A DNA stretch of 64,000 bases, from sequence record MK327934.1. The stretch is one strand, 5' to 3'. The first letter of the stretch is position 1. Each line of letters opens with the position of its first letter. Source of the stretch: Escherichia phage vB_EcoM_G2469. Of this stretch, positions 41,313 to 51,310 are shown one piece after another. Position numbers and translations under genes: made by a program. The notes under the pieces were generated by a model. The model ran no database searches, was not told the DNA's origin, and worked only from the letters and a program-made list of their open reading frames with translations.

Positions 41313-41896
41313 TTATATACGCTCTCAGTAATTTCGGTGAGTTCATCGATTCTGTAGTAATGAGATTCTACCATAGAACGTTGAAGCATAATATCTTGGA
41401 CGAAATCTTTATCAAGTTGAACATCGGAATTAACACGACATTTCTTAATGATTTTAGTCATCACGATTTCATCGGCATAAGGCAGTGCTTGTTTAAGTAG
41501 AGCAGGACCGCCGATAACAGATACATTAACATGTTCAGTAGAAAGTTTAAACGGTACATCAGTTGCAGGGCTAAACAGGTTAATTTCATCACCTGTTACC
41601 AAGGTAATAAATTCTGCTTGGGTGATATAGAACCGTGCAAGTTCATCAGTTTTAGTCCTAGGCAGTTTTCTGGCCATATCAGTGACAACCACATGAGTAC
41701 GATCTGGGAGTAGACGAGGTAATGATTCAAAAGTCTTAGCACCCATAACCATTACAGTGTTTTTAGTGCGAGCAACAAAGTTACTCATATCTTGTTTGAT
41801 ATGCTTCCATGGAAGTCCATCACCTAATCCAAAAGCATATTCCAGTTTATCATCAACCGTTTTAGATGGTGCGCATGCGAATACTAATTTAAGCAT
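41309..41896 (-). CDS. frd: dihydrofolate reductase
   Basis: 195 aa from ATG (MLKLVFACAPSK...), ATGA overlap with td start. Confidence 0.9.
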   Translation of the reverse strand: MLKLVFACAPSKTVDDKLEYAFGLGDGLPWKHIKQDMSNFVARTKNTVMVMGAKTFESLPRLLPDRTHVVVTDMARKLPRTKTDELARFYITQAEFITLVTGDEINLFSPATDVPFKLSTEHVNVSVIGGPALLKQALPYADEIVMTKIIKKCRVNSDVQLDKDFVQDIMLQRSMVESHYYRIDELTEITESVYK

Positions 41897-42137
41897 TTTT
41901 AAGTCCTTTAATAACTTTTTGGATTTGTGATTTAGAAGAAACCAAATCAGTCTGGATTTGACAACCGTCGGTAGAGTCAAATACTATAACACAAACACGA
42001 GGTTTTGTTGTGTATCGCCCAGACAAATCAAATGCGTCGCCAATGAATTCGGCCAAATCCGGATGGTCTAAATTAACTGAAGTATAAACTTCATATCCGA
42101 CATCAGCGCCTTGAGAGTATTCAACAACAACATTCAT
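41889..42137 (-). CDS. hypothetical protein (82 aa, frd.1-like)
   Basis: ORF. Confidence 0.45.
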   Translation of the reverse strand: MNVVVEYSQGADVGYEVYTSVNLDHPDLAEFIGDAFDLSGRYTTKPRVCVIVFDSTDGCQIQTDLVSSKSQIQKVIKGLKNA

Positions 42138-42139
42138 AA

Positions 42140-42388
42140 TTATTTCCTCAGATTTTTCTTAACAACTTTCCAATCAACTTTAAACGATTCAACATCAGAG
42201 TGGTGAATCCAGAATCCTGCACTTTCACCATCTTCGTAGAGTGGACATCCATCGCATTCTTCGTTCCAACCCATTTCACGTAAAGCTTCTTCAGCTTGTT
42301 CAAGGAGTTCAGCGTCTTTACCAACGATGTTGAAGTACCATTTACCTCTAACTTCTGAATCTTTGATGCTCTGGCGTTGCAATCTCAT
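42140..42388 (-). CDS. hypothetical protein (82 aa, frd.2-like)
   Basis: ORF. Confidence 0.45.
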   Translation of the reverse strand: MRLQRQSIKDSEVRGKWYFNIVGKDAELLEQAEEALREMGWNEECDGCPLYEDGESAGFWIHHSDVESFKVDWKVVKKNLRK

Positions 42389-42414
42389 TTTATTCTCCGC
42401 TTCACTTTTGATTT

Positions 42415-42452
42415 GATAGGGCTACTATAACATAGCCCTATCTTGTTATAAA
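42415..42452 (-). promoter_or_regulatory. early-type promoter whose -10 lies in the loop of a perfect 10-bp inverted repeat
   Basis: GATAGGGCTA-ctataaca-TAGCCCTATC then TTGTTATAAAC. Confidence 0.4.
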
Positions 42453-42845
42453 CTACTTTTTAAAAGTTTTTTGCAAAAGTTTGATGATTTCGTCGACGTT
42501 AGTTTCATCTACGATACAATGGATTTTTGTTACACCTAAAGTTATACCTTCGTTAGTAGGTTGAGGCTTTACTAAATCTACCTCAGTAAAGTATTTGAAC
42601 TCGTCAGGATAAATCTCAAAATAAGTTTCAATTTCACCACCGGCAGAACATACAGTACCATCTTCCATAGTTACACTTACTACGTTTGACGTATCGCTAT
42701 CATAATCAGGTTCCATTCCGTTTACAACAAAACTAGGCCCGTGGAGTTCAATCAATTTTAACATCTTAGCGTTATTATGTGGTGCTTCTTGAACAAAGTC
42801 GTCTTTAAATAAAGGGTTAATGATATAAGATTTTCCGATTTCCAT
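42453..42845 (-). CDS. hypothetical protein (130 aa, frd.3-like)
   Basis: ORF with upstream early promoter. Confidence 0.45.
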   Translation of the reverse strand: MEIGKSYIINPLFKDDFVQEAPHNNAKMLKLIELHGPSFVVNGMEPDYDSDTSNVVSVTMEDGTVCSAGGEIETYFEIYPDEFKYFTEVDLVKPQPTNEGITLGVTKIHCIVDETNVDEIIKLLQKTFKK

Positions 42846-42934
42846 TTTGATTTCCTCATGTTGTTGATAGGTCTATACTAACACATCCAGGGAAGAAGTA
42901 AACAACTTTTTCGGCAATTTACAGATACTCAAAA

Positions 42935-42952
42935 GGGAGACCGAAGTCTCCC
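42935..42952 (-). terminator. terminator hairpin after gene 32
   Basis: GGGAGAC-CGAA-GTCTCCC followed by UUUUGAG on minus strand. Confidence 0.55.
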
Positions 42953-42958
42953 AATTTA

Positions 42959-43858
42959 TTATAGACCAGCTAACAGGTCATCGAGGTCGCCATCGTCAGA
43001 AGACGAGGAACTCATGAAGTCATCTTCAGTTTTTGCAGAACCAAAGGCTTCCATGTCTTTATCAAAATCATCAAGGTCAGAAGCAACTTTATCTGCAACA
43101 GAAGCTGCTGCGGCTGCTGCACCACCAAGAGCGGCAGTACCAAGAACTTGATTAAATTTAGTATTCAATTCTTCAAACGATTTGAACTTATCTTTAGAAG
43201 TCATTTCAGAAAGGTCAACCATTTGTTCGAACAATTCTTTCTGGAAAGATTCATCATCAATGTTTGGAATCGCAGATTGATTCAGGAATTTAGATTCATC
43301 GTAGTTACTGAAACCAGAAACCTGTTTAACTTTCAGCACAAAGTTAGCACCTTCCCATGGGCAAGTTACATCAACAGGAGTTTCACCCATTTCAGTATCG
43401 ACTGCAATCATTGCATTGATTTTGTCCCAAATCTTTTTACCGAAACGATATTTGAATACTTTACCTTCATTATCTGGAGCTTGTGGGTCTTTAACAACCA
43501 GAATATTAGCCCAATAAGAAGTTTTACGTTTCAGTTGAGAATATTCAGTTTTGTTGGTATTGTACAGGTCATTTTTACTAATGTACTGACATACAGGACA
43601 AGAGTCATAATCGCCGTGTGTAGATGAACAGGTTTCAATATACCATTTACCATTTTTCTTGAACCCGTGGTTAACAAGAATTGTAAACGGAAGTGCGTCA
43701 TCTGTTTTTGCCGGCAGGAAACGAATTACCGCTTGACCATTACCGGATGCATCGAGTTTCAGCTTCCATTCACCTTTATCTTCTGAAGAGAAACCTTTGT
43801 TACCATTCAGTTTAGCCATCTGAGCTGCGAGGTCTGCGGTACTTTTACGTTTAAACAT
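42959..43858 (-). CDS. 32: single-stranded DNA-binding protein gp32
   Basis: 299 aa, [36 protein letters not shown]..., zinc ligands, acidic C-terminus. Confidence 0.95.
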   Translation of the reverse strand: MFKRKSTADLAAQMAKLNGNKGFSSEDKGEWKLKLDASGNGQAVIRFLPAKTDDALPFTILVNHGFKKNGKWYIETCSSTHGDYDSCPVCQYISKNDLYNTNKTEYSQLKRKTSYWANILVVKDPQAPDNEGKVFKYRFGKKIWDKINAMIAVDTEMGETPVDVTCPWEGANFVLKVKQVSGFSNYDESKFLNQSAIPNIDDESFQKELFEQMVDLSEMTSKDKFKSFEELNTKFNQVLGTAALGGAAAAAASVADKVASDLDDFDKDMEAFGSAKTEDDFMSSSSSDDGDLDDLLAGL

Positions 43859-43946
43859 TTTATTTGCCTTTATTTAGATTATTAATTAAATTTTACAGTT
43901 GGTTGCTACGACACTTATACCTCGTAGCTGGTATGATTTATTTATA
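43859..43946 (-). promoter_or_regulatory. gene 32 leader: late promoter, stem-loop and AU-rich translational operator
   Basis: minus-strand TATAAATA about 43939-43946; hairpin GCTACGA-n10-TCGTAGC; unstructured UUAAU/UAAAU-rich tract before ATG. Confidence 0.5.
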
Positions 43947-43975
43947 AAGTAATTTTAACACACAAGAAATAAAGC

Positions 43976-44629
43976 TTAATACTTACATGATTTGATTGTT
44001 TCTATGAACAATTTCTTAGCAGCATTTCCATCGATTTGAAGTATTTTTCGATATGCCTTTAATTTGGTAGAATAATTTTGCCAGACTAAGTTATCGGTGA
44101 GTTCGTCGTGCTTATCTATAATATTCAAAAATGAGTCCAACAATAAGAAAGTTTCAAATGAAATTATATTGCTTTGTAGCAATTTAAATATGTAGCTCGA
44201 CTGAACTTTATTATTATAATCAAATATCTCTTGAAGCGCACTAACTTCAACTTTCTTACTGAAATAGTAGATGTTACGTACGTCTTCAGCAAACGTCTCC
44301 TTGGCTTGTTTGAGACGTCCAATATATTCCCTATAGAAAACTAATGCATCAGCGTCTGATATCTCACCAATCCATGCGTCTTGGTTAGCAACTAAGTTGC
44401 TTATGAATATCAAGGTGAGTTCCTTCAATTTATATTTCTCTGCTAGTTTTTCAAAGAAATATTTATCTCGGCGTTTTTGATACGCATTATCCGAAACACG
44501 CATGCACCAGTTATATTTGATTACGTCATACCGACCATTAAAATGTTGTTTGCACATCAAGTATAGTTTGTATACCGATTTTCCGTTAATATAACGTTCT
44601 CCATCAGGAGGCATGCGTATTTTAATCAT
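43976..44629 (-). CDS. 59: gp59 helicase loader
   Basis: 217 aa, synteny. Confidence 0.85.
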   Translation of the reverse strand: MIKIRMPPDGERYINGKSVYKLYLMCKQHFNGRYDVIKYNWCMRVSDNAYQKRRDKYFFEKLAEKYKLKELTLIFISNLVANQDAWIGEISDADALVFYREYIGRLKQAKETFAEDVRNIYYFSKKVEVSALQEIFDYNNKVQSSYIFKLLQSNIISFETFLLLDSFLNIIDKHDELTDNLVWQNYSTKLKAYRKILQIDGNAAKKLFIETIKSCKY

Positions 44630-44964
44630 AATAAGAAATCTAACGTATTAGTTTTTTCACCACGAGCAACTGATGGGCGAAGCATGTTTTCGTCAATTGC
44701 TTCGCTTGTAATTTTTTCAACAATTCCTGTAGGAATAAATTTAGCAAATTGTGTTTCTGGAATAGAATTTTCTTCCAAGAAAGCAGTTGTTGCTTCTAAA
44801 TAAGACATACCAAATTGTTCAACCATGGATTCGATAATGAATCCGTTTTCTTGTCGGTCAAGCAATTTAGCGATATCATCTTTATCGTGTTTTACTGCTA
44901 ATTCTTGTTCAGATAAACCGGCCTCATCAACCGGTTTAATATCACTTAGTGAAAACTGTGTCAT
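44626..44964 (-). CDS. 33: gp33 late transcription co-activator
   Basis: 112 aa, synteny. Confidence 0.8.
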   Translation of the reverse strand: MTQFSLSDIKPVDEAGLSEQELAVKHDKDDIAKLLDRQENGFIIESMVEQFGMSYLEATTAFLEENSIPETQFAKFIPTGIVEKITSEAIDENMLRPSVARGEKTNTLDFLL

Positions 44965-45211
44965 AAAGCTCGACTACCTCTTCGTTTTCAGCTTCAAATT
45001 GATCACGAGCGTCTTTATGATAAAGAGCTAACAAACGATTAAACATTTTTCCATCGACACCAAGCTCTTCTTTAGCACGAGTACGAATGTCTTTAATCAG
45101 TTCATTATAACCAGAAATTTTAAGTTTGTTATCGGAAGCTTCCTTGACTAGTTTAGCCAGTTCTTCACCATGCACATCTTGATTAAATTCGACTGCTTCT
45201 TTCTTAGCCAT
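44942..45211 (-). CDS. dsbA: DsbA dsDNA-binding protein
   Basis: 89 aa from ATG MAKKEAVEF...; track ORF extended 6 codons upstream. Confidence 0.7.
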   Translation of the reverse strand: MAKKEAVEFNQDVHGEELAKLVKEASDNKLKISGYNELIKDIRTRAKEELGVDGKMFNRLLALYHKDARDQFEAENEEVVELYDTVFTK

Positions 45212-45218
45212 GTTTACC

Positions 45219-46136
45219 TCAGAATTCATTAATTACACTTGTTAATTTAGAAAGACCAGATTTTACAAAGTATGAATAAATCTTGCCTTTAGGTTGTTGT
45301 TTATATGAGTTATAATACTCTATAATGGTTGAAGCAATATTATCAGGGATATAATCAAAATCAATGAGAACCAAATTTTCTTGATACCGTTTATATTCTT
45401 CAGCACTTAATAATACTTCAGCTTGAGAACGGTCGTTAGCAATTGCTTCAATAATTGATGTTTTCATGCTTGGAGTTCGTTCACCATCAACTCTGGTAAA
45501 CCAGAAGTCGCCACGAACTCGAACAGATGCAACACCATCCTTACGGTCACCTTTAAGAATTTTAGTCATGCAATCAATTTCAGCAGAACCGTTCTTAATT
45601 TTAACCCATTTTTTCTGTGGTGGCGACCACTGTTTAACGTTAGGATATTTGTGTAATTGTGTAAAGTCACCATCTGATGCAACAATACATACTTTATGTC
45701 CGGCTAATGACAAATATTTAGTTAATACACCAATATGGTCATCCGCTTCATACTTGTCAATATCCATTACAACGTATGGCATGTATTTCTTAATCTCATC
45801 AACAACTTGATGGAGTGCAGTAAAATATCCTTCCCAATCCCACTTTGAAGCTTCACGATCGGTTTTACGATTTTTCTTGTAATAGTAAGCAAAGTCACGA
45901 CGCCAATAACCCGAAGTAGCATTATCCATACACAATACAAATTTTGTATAGCCTTGCTTACGGAACATCACTACGTTTTTACGAATTGAATTCAAGATTA
46001 CATGGCGAACCATTGGAACCGTAATTTTATCGCCGTCTTCAAAGTTGTTTAATGCGGCTGCCAATGCAATGTTACTAAAGTCGGCAAGTGCAATACCTTC
46101 TTTGTAATCTTCATCCAACATCATTTCTAAATCCAT
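45219..46136 (-). CDS. rnh: RNase H (5'-3' exonuclease/flap endonuclease)
   Basis: 305 aa MDLEMMLDEDYKEG..., matches T4 RNase H. Confidence 0.92.
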   Translation of the reverse strand: MDLEMMLDEDYKEGIALADFSNIALAAALNNFEDGDKITVPMVRHVILNSIRKNVVMFRKQGYTKFVLCMDNATSGYWRRDFAYYYKKNRKTDREASKWDWEGYFTALHQVVDEIKKYMPYVVMDIDKYEADDHIGVLTKYLSLAGHKVCIVASDGDFTQLHKYPNVKQWSPPQKKWVKIKNGSAEIDCMTKILKGDRKDGVASVRVRGDFWFTRVDGERTPSMKTSIIEAIANDRSQAEVLLSAEEYKRYQENLVLIDFDYIPDNIASTIIEYYNSYKQQPKGKIYSYFVKSGLSKLTSVINEF

Positions 46137-46166
46137 ATGAACCTCTTGTTCAGTTAGTCAACTTGT

Positions 46167-46198
46167 CTATAGTAACACACTCATTTGAAAGCGTAAAC
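46167..46198 (-). promoter_or_regulatory. early-type promoter for rnh
   Basis: CTATAGTA ... GTAAAC. Confidence 0.45.
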
Positions 46199-46201
46199 TG
46201 G

Positions 46202-46209
46202 TATAAATA
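46202..46209 (+). promoter_or_regulatory. late promoter for gene 34
   Basis: TATAAATA about 31 nt upstream of gene 34 ATG. Confidence 0.6.
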
Positions 46210-46239
46210 AGTATTATTGAAACAATAAAGGAAAAACGA

Positions 46240-49200
46240 ATGGCCGACATCAAACGTAAGTTCAGAGCCGAAGACGGTCTGGACGCCGGTGGCGACAAGA
46301 TTGTTAACGTAGCATTAGCCGACCGTACAGTAGGTACTGATGGCGTAAACGTTGACTTCCTGGTACAAGAAAACACCGTTCAAGTATATGATTCTACACG
46401 TGGATATAACAAAGGATTTGTTGTTCTTTATGACAACCGTTTATATCAAGCAATAAATGATATCGTGTCTCCTTCCGGGGCATTTAACCTTTTACAATGG
46501 CGTGCAGTTCGTACCGACGCGCAATGGATAACTGTCGCTTCTGGGACTTATCAACTTTCTTCAGGTGAATCGATTTCGGTTAACACTGGTGCCGGCAATG
46601 ATATGGTTTTCACGTTGCCGAATACGCCGGTTGATGGCGATACTGTTGTTTTGGCTGATATTGGTGGAAGAACCGGGACAGTTAAAGTACAGATTAACGC
46701 GTCTGTACAGAGTATTTTAAACTTTAGAGGTGAACAAGTTCGTACGGTTTTAATGACGCGTCCGCGTTCACAACTATTGTTTGTGTTTAGTAATCGTTTG
46801 TGGCAGATGTATATTACCGATTATGGTAAAGAATCAATCACTGTTACACCTGCGACACCATATCAAGCACAAGCAAATGATTTTATCGTTCGTCGTTTTA
46901 CTAGTGCAGCACCAATCAACATTACACTTCCACGTAATGCTAACAATGGTGATATAATCCACCTAGTTGATTTAGATAAATTAAACCCACTGTATCATAC
47001 AATTGTTAAAACATTTGATGATACAACGTCTATTGGTGAAGTCGGGACTCATATTGCCGAAGGCAGAAATGACTCTGACGCGTTTTTTGTTTTTGATGCT
47101 GCAAATAGTTTATGGCGTATATGGGAAGGCGACCAGAAATCGCGTCTTCGTATTATCCGTGCGGATTCAAATATTCGTCCAAATGAAGAAGTTCTTATTT
47201 TTGGCACAAATAACGCTACAACCGGAACTATTAATCTTACGCTGCCTTCCGGAATTTTGTGTGGTGACACTGTTAAAATTTCAATGAACTACATGCGTAA
47301 AGGCCAAACAGTAAAAATTAAAGCTGCCGAAGGTGATACAATTGCTTCTTCTGTTGCATTGCTTCAGTTCCCTAAACGTTCTGAATATCCACCTGATGCT
47401 CAATGGGTCTCTGTTACTGAACTAGAATTCAATGGCACTACTTCATATGTTCCTGTATTAGAATTAGCGTATATCGAAGACACCGTTGCTGGTACACGTT
47501 ATTGGGTTGTTCAACAAAACGTCCCAACTGTAGAACGTGTTGATGCTGGAACTGATGCTACACGAGCTCGTTTAGGTGTTATTGCTCTTGCTACTCAAGC
47601 GCAAGCAAATGTTGATTTAGAGAATACTCCAGCTAAAGAAGTGGCTATTACTCCTGAAACGTTGGCAAATCGTACAGCAACTGAAGCTCGACGTGGTATC
47701 GCTAAAATTGCTACAACAGCACAAGTTAACCAGAATTCCACAGCATCATTTGTGGACGATACTATTGTTACGCCTAAAAAACTAAATGAGCGTACAGCAA
47801 CTGAAACTCGTCGCGGTCTTGCAGAAATTGCTACTCAGGCCGAAACCGATGCTGGTCTTGATGACACAACGATTATTACACCTAAGAAATTGCAGGCACG
47901 TCAGGGTTCTGAAACACTATCGGGTATAGTTAAATATGTATCAACTACTTCTGCTACTCCTGCTGAAACTCGTGGGGCTGCAGGCACTAACGTTTATAAT
48001 AAAACCGTAAATAATTTAACTATTTCTCCTAAAGCCCTTGACCAATATAAAGCAACTTATGCTCAACAAGGTGCAGTAATTTTAGCTGTTGAAAGTGAAG
48101 TAATTGCTGGTCAATCCCAAGCAGGTTATTCTCACGCTGTAGTAACTCCTGAAACACTACATAAGAAAACTTCTACTGATGGACGTATTGGTTTAATTGA
48201 AATTGCTACGCAAGCAGAAACTAATGCTGGGACTGATTATACACGTGCAGTAACGCCTAAGACGTTAAATGATAGGAGAGCGACGGAAGGATTATCCGGC
48301 ATAGCCGAACTTGCTACGCAAGTTGAATTTGATACTGGAACTGATGATACTCGTATCTCGACTCCACTGAAAATTAAAACTCATTTTGATTCTTCTGACC
48401 GTACCAGTGTTAATTCTGATTCCGGACTTATTGAAGAAGGAACCTTGTGGAACCATTATACTCTTGATATTTCTAAAGCAAATGAAACACAACGTGGTAC
48501 ACTTCGCGTAGCGACCCAGGCAGAATCTAATGCAGGAACTTTAGATGATGTTCTTATTACTCCTAAAAAGCTTTTAGGGACTAAGTCCACTGAAACGTCT
48601 GAAGGCGTAATTAAGGTTGCTACTCAGGCTGAAACTGTAACAGGAACTTCTGCTAATACTGCTGTATCTCCTAAGAATTTAAAATGGATTGTCCAAAATG
48701 AACCAACATGGGCTGCTACTACGGCGATTCGCGGATTCGTTAAAACTTCATCCGGTTCTATTACATTCGTTGGTAATGATACAGTTGGTTCAACACAACC
48801 TTTAGAATCATATGAGAAAAATAGCTATGCAGTATCACCATATGAATTAAACCGTGTATTAGCAAATTATTTGCCGTTAAAAGCAAAAGCTGTAGATAGT
48901 AATTTATTGGATGGTCTAGATTCATCTCAGTTCATTCGTAGGGATATTGCACAGACGGTTAATGGTTCACTAACCTTAACCCAACAAACGAATCTGAGTG
49001 CCCCTCTTGTATCATCTAGTACTGCTACGTTTGGTGGTTCGGTATCTGCTAATAGTACACTGACTATTTCTAATACGGGAACAGCTACTCGTCTAATTTT
49101 TGAGAAAGGACCTCAGACTGGAACTAACCCAGCACAGACGATGACTATCAGAGTTTGGGGAAATGAATTTGGTGGTTCAGATACAACACGTTCTACTGTA

Positions 49201-50112
49201 TTCGAAGTCGGTGATGAAACATCTAATCACTTTTATTCTCAACGTAATAAAGCTGGGAATATAACGTTTAGCATTAATGGTACTGTGATGCCAATAAATG
49301 TTAACGCTTCAGGCACGTTAAATGCGAATGGTGTAGCAACATTTGGTAGTTCAGTTACAGCCAATGGTGAATTCATTAGCAAGTCTGCAAATGCTTTCAG
49401 AGCAATTAGTGGTGATTACGGATTCCTTATTCGCAATGATGGCTCTAATACCTATTTTTTGCTAACCCATCCAGGAGGCCAGACTGGCGGATTTAGTGGA
49501 TTGCGTCCTTTAGCTATTAATAATACATCCGGCCAGGTTACAATTGCCGAAGGGCTTGTTATTGCTAAAGGTGCTACTATAAATTCAGGTGGTTTAACAG
49601 TTAACTCGAGAATTCGTTCTCAGGGCACTAAAACATCTGACTTATATACCCTTGCGCCAACATCTGATACTGTAGGATTCTGGTCAATCGATATTAACGA
49701 TTCAGCTACTTATAACCAGTTCCCAGGTTATTTTAAAATGGTTGAAAAAACTAATGAAGTGACTGGGCTTCCGTACTTAGAACGTGGCGAAGAAGTTAAA
49801 TCTCCTGGTACATTGACTCAGTTTGGTAATACACTTGATTCACTTTACCAAGATTGGATTACTTATCCAACAACTCCAGAAGCACGTACAACCCGTTGGA
49901 CTCGTACATGGCAGAAAACTAAAAATTCTTGGTCAAGTTTTGTTCAGGTATTTGATGGTGGAAACCCTCCTCAACCTTCTGATATTGGTGCTTTACCTTC
50001 TGATAATGCAACAATCGGAAACTTGACAATAAGGGATTTCTTAAGGATTGGTAATGTCCGCATTATTCCAGACCCTGTGAATAAATCTGTTAAATTCGAG
50101 TGGATTGAATAA
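46240..50112 (+). CDS. 34: long tail fibre proximal subunit gp34
   Basis: 1290 aa, synteny. Confidence 0.95.
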   Translation: MADIKRKFRAEDGLDAGGDKIVNVALADRTVGTDGVNVDFLVQENTVQVYDSTRGYNKGFVVLYDNRLYQAINDIVSPSGAFNLLQWRAVRTDAQWITVASGTYQLSSGESISVNTGAGNDMVFTLPNTPVDGDTVVLADIGGRTGTVKVQINASVQSILNFRGEQVRTVLMTRPRSQLLFVFSNRLWQMYITDYGKESITVTPATPYQAQANDFIVRRFTSAAPINITLPRNANNGDIIHLVDLDKLNPLYHTIVKTFDDTTSIGEVGTHIAEGRNDSDAFFVFDAANSLWRIWEGDQKSRLRIIRADSNIRPNEEVLIFGTNNATTGTINLTLPSGILCGDTVKISMNYMRKGQTVKIKAAEGDTIASSVALLQFPKRSEYPPDAQWVSVTELEFNGTTSYVPVLELAYIEDTVAGTRYWVVQQNVPTVERVDAGTDATRARLGVIALATQAQANVDLENTPAKEVAITPETLANRTATEARRGIAKIATTAQVNQNSTASFVDDTIVTPKKLNERTATETRRGLAEIATQAETDAGLDDTTIITPKKLQARQGSETLSGIVKYVSTTSATPAETRGAAGTNVYNKTVNNLTISPKALDQYKATYAQQGAVILAVESEVIAGQSQAGYSHAVVTPETLHKKTSTDGRIGLIEIATQAETNAGTDYTRAVTPKTLNDRRATEGLSGIAELATQVEFDTGTDDTRISTPLKIKTHFDSSDRTSVNSDSGLIEEGTLWNHYTLDISKANETQRGTLRVATQAESNAGTLDDVLITPKKLLGTKSTETSEGVIKVATQAETVTGTSANTAVSPKNLKWIVQNEPTWAATTAIRGFVKTSSGSITFVGNDTVGSTQPLESYEKNSYAVSPYELNRVLANYLPLKAKAVDSNLLDGLDSSQFIRRDIAQTVNGSLTLTQQTNLSAPLVSSSTATFGGSVSANSTLTISNTGTATRLIFEKGPQTGTNPAQTMTIRVWGNEFGGSDTTRSTVFEVGDETSNHFYSQRNKAGNITFSINGTVMPINVNASGTLNANGVATFGSSVTANGEFISKSANAFRAISGDYGFLIRNDGSNTYFLLTHPGGQTGGFSGLRPLAINNTSGQVTIAEGLVIAKGATINSGGLTVNSRIRSQGTKTSDLYTLAPTSDTVGFWSIDINDSATYNQFPGYFKMVEKTNEVTGLPYLERGEEVKSPGTLTQFGNTLDSLYQDWITYPTTPEARTTRWTRTWQKTKNSWSSFVQVFDGGNPPQPSDIGALPSDNATIGNLTIRDFLRIGNVRIIPDPVNKSVKFEWIE

Positions 50113-50120
50113 GAGGTATT

Positions 50121-51248
50121 ATGGAAAAATTTATGGCTAAGTTTGGACAAGGATACGTCCAAACGCCATTTTTATCGGAAAGCAATTCAGTACGATTTAA
50201 ATTAAGCATAGCGGGCTCTTGTCCGCTATCAACATCTCCTGCTTATATTAAGTTCCAGGATAATCCACTTGGGTCCCAGGTTTTTTCCGTTGGATTAAAC
50301 GTTCGTGTAATAAATCCTACAACAGGTGCAGTAGTTGAATCTAAGACATATAATTTCTCTACTGAAAACGACGCCACGTCAAGTGCATTTGTTACTTTCA
50401 TGGACACACATGCTTCAAATTTTATATTTGCTCTTGTTACTAACGCTAAAACAAACTTTCCTCCTGAAGTTCTCGCATGGTTTACCAAAGCTGGGAGTTC
50501 TGCTATTCCATTAGCTCAACAAGTTTTAAATATAGTGGACATTTCTTATTCGGCATTTTATATTTCTGGTAAGAATGCTATAGCACTAGAACATATTAAG
50601 TATAGTAATAAGAAAACTTCAACCGACTATAGTACACCACTTGATGTTGTGTACGACACTATCGATGATATTGGTGCTACCGGCTTCCCTAGTCGTACGT
50701 ATGAATCGCCAGACACATTTTTATCTGCTGTTGGAGGTACTAATAATGAAATTAAAAGGATGCCTACAACGTCCATTATTACACCTCTCGCTGGGTATAA
50801 ATTGAAGCCTGGAGATTTCCTTTATATGAAATTCCAACTAATGGCCGATGCCGATTTGTTAGCACAAGGGACGACACGACTTTCTATTCGTTTCTTTAAA
50901 TCTCCTTCTACTTCACCTATTTCATTTAAGGATATAAACTTTGACGGGGGTGCAGGTGAATGGAAGATATATGAAGACTACATAGAAATTCCTGCTGGTG
51001 CTGACGGGTTCACGATTTATTGTTATCGTACAGCTCCAGTCGGGCAAGGTGGATTAAGAAACGTTATATTCACTGAAGTATCATGTAATGGAAGCGTTTC
51101 AAAACCTGCTGAGTTTGGTATAAATGGTATTCGTGTAAATTATGTTTCAGAATCTTTAAGTGCTCCAGACATAATGACATTACCTACTCAATCTTCAACT
51201 GATACTGGTAAGGTGTTTGGACAAGAATTTAAAGAAGCATCAGAATAA
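50121..51248 (+). CDS. 35: long tail fibre hinge protein gp35
   Basis: 375 aa, synteny. Confidence 0.85.
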   Translation: MEKFMAKFGQGYVQTPFLSESNSVRFKLSIAGSCPLSTSPAYIKFQDNPLGSQVFSVGLNVRVINPTTGAVVESKTYNFSTENDATSSAFVTFMDTHASNFIFALVTNAKTNFPPEVLAWFTKAGSSAIPLAQQVLNIVDISYSAFYISGKNAIALEHIKYSNKKTSTDYSTPLDVVYDTIDDIGATGFPSRTYESPDTFLSAVGGTNNEIKRMPTTSIITPLAGYKLKPGDFLYMKFQLMADADLLAQGTTRLSIRFFKSPSTSPISFKDINFDGGAGEWKIYEDYIEIPAGADGFTIYCYRTAPVGQGGLRNVIFTEVSCNGSVSKPAEFGINGIRVNYVSESLSAPDIMTLPTQSSTDTGKVFGQEFKEASE

Positions 51249-51253
51249 ATTTA

Positions 51254-51277
51254 GGGAGACTTCGGTCTCCCATTTTT
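51254..51277 (+). terminator. intrinsic terminator after gene 35
   Basis: GGGAGAC-TTCG-GTCTCCC followed by ATTTTTG. Confidence 0.6.
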
Positions 51278-51278
51278 G

Positions 51279-51286
51279 TATAAATA
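51279..51286 (+). promoter_or_regulatory. late promoter for gene 36
   Basis: TATAAATA about 25 nt upstream of gene 36 ATG. Confidence 0.55.
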
Positions 51287-51310
51287 TGGTATACATATAA
51301 GGAGACAACT

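Noticed and set aside
43148-43627. 159-aa plus-strand ORF
   Set aside because: Antisense to gene 32; Phe/Ile-rich artefact of AT-rich antisense sequence
47003-47287. Small ORFs on both strands inside gene 34
   Set aside because: Embedded in the 1290-aa tail fibre gene; the same applies to short ORFs inside genes 37, alt, nrdA and 52
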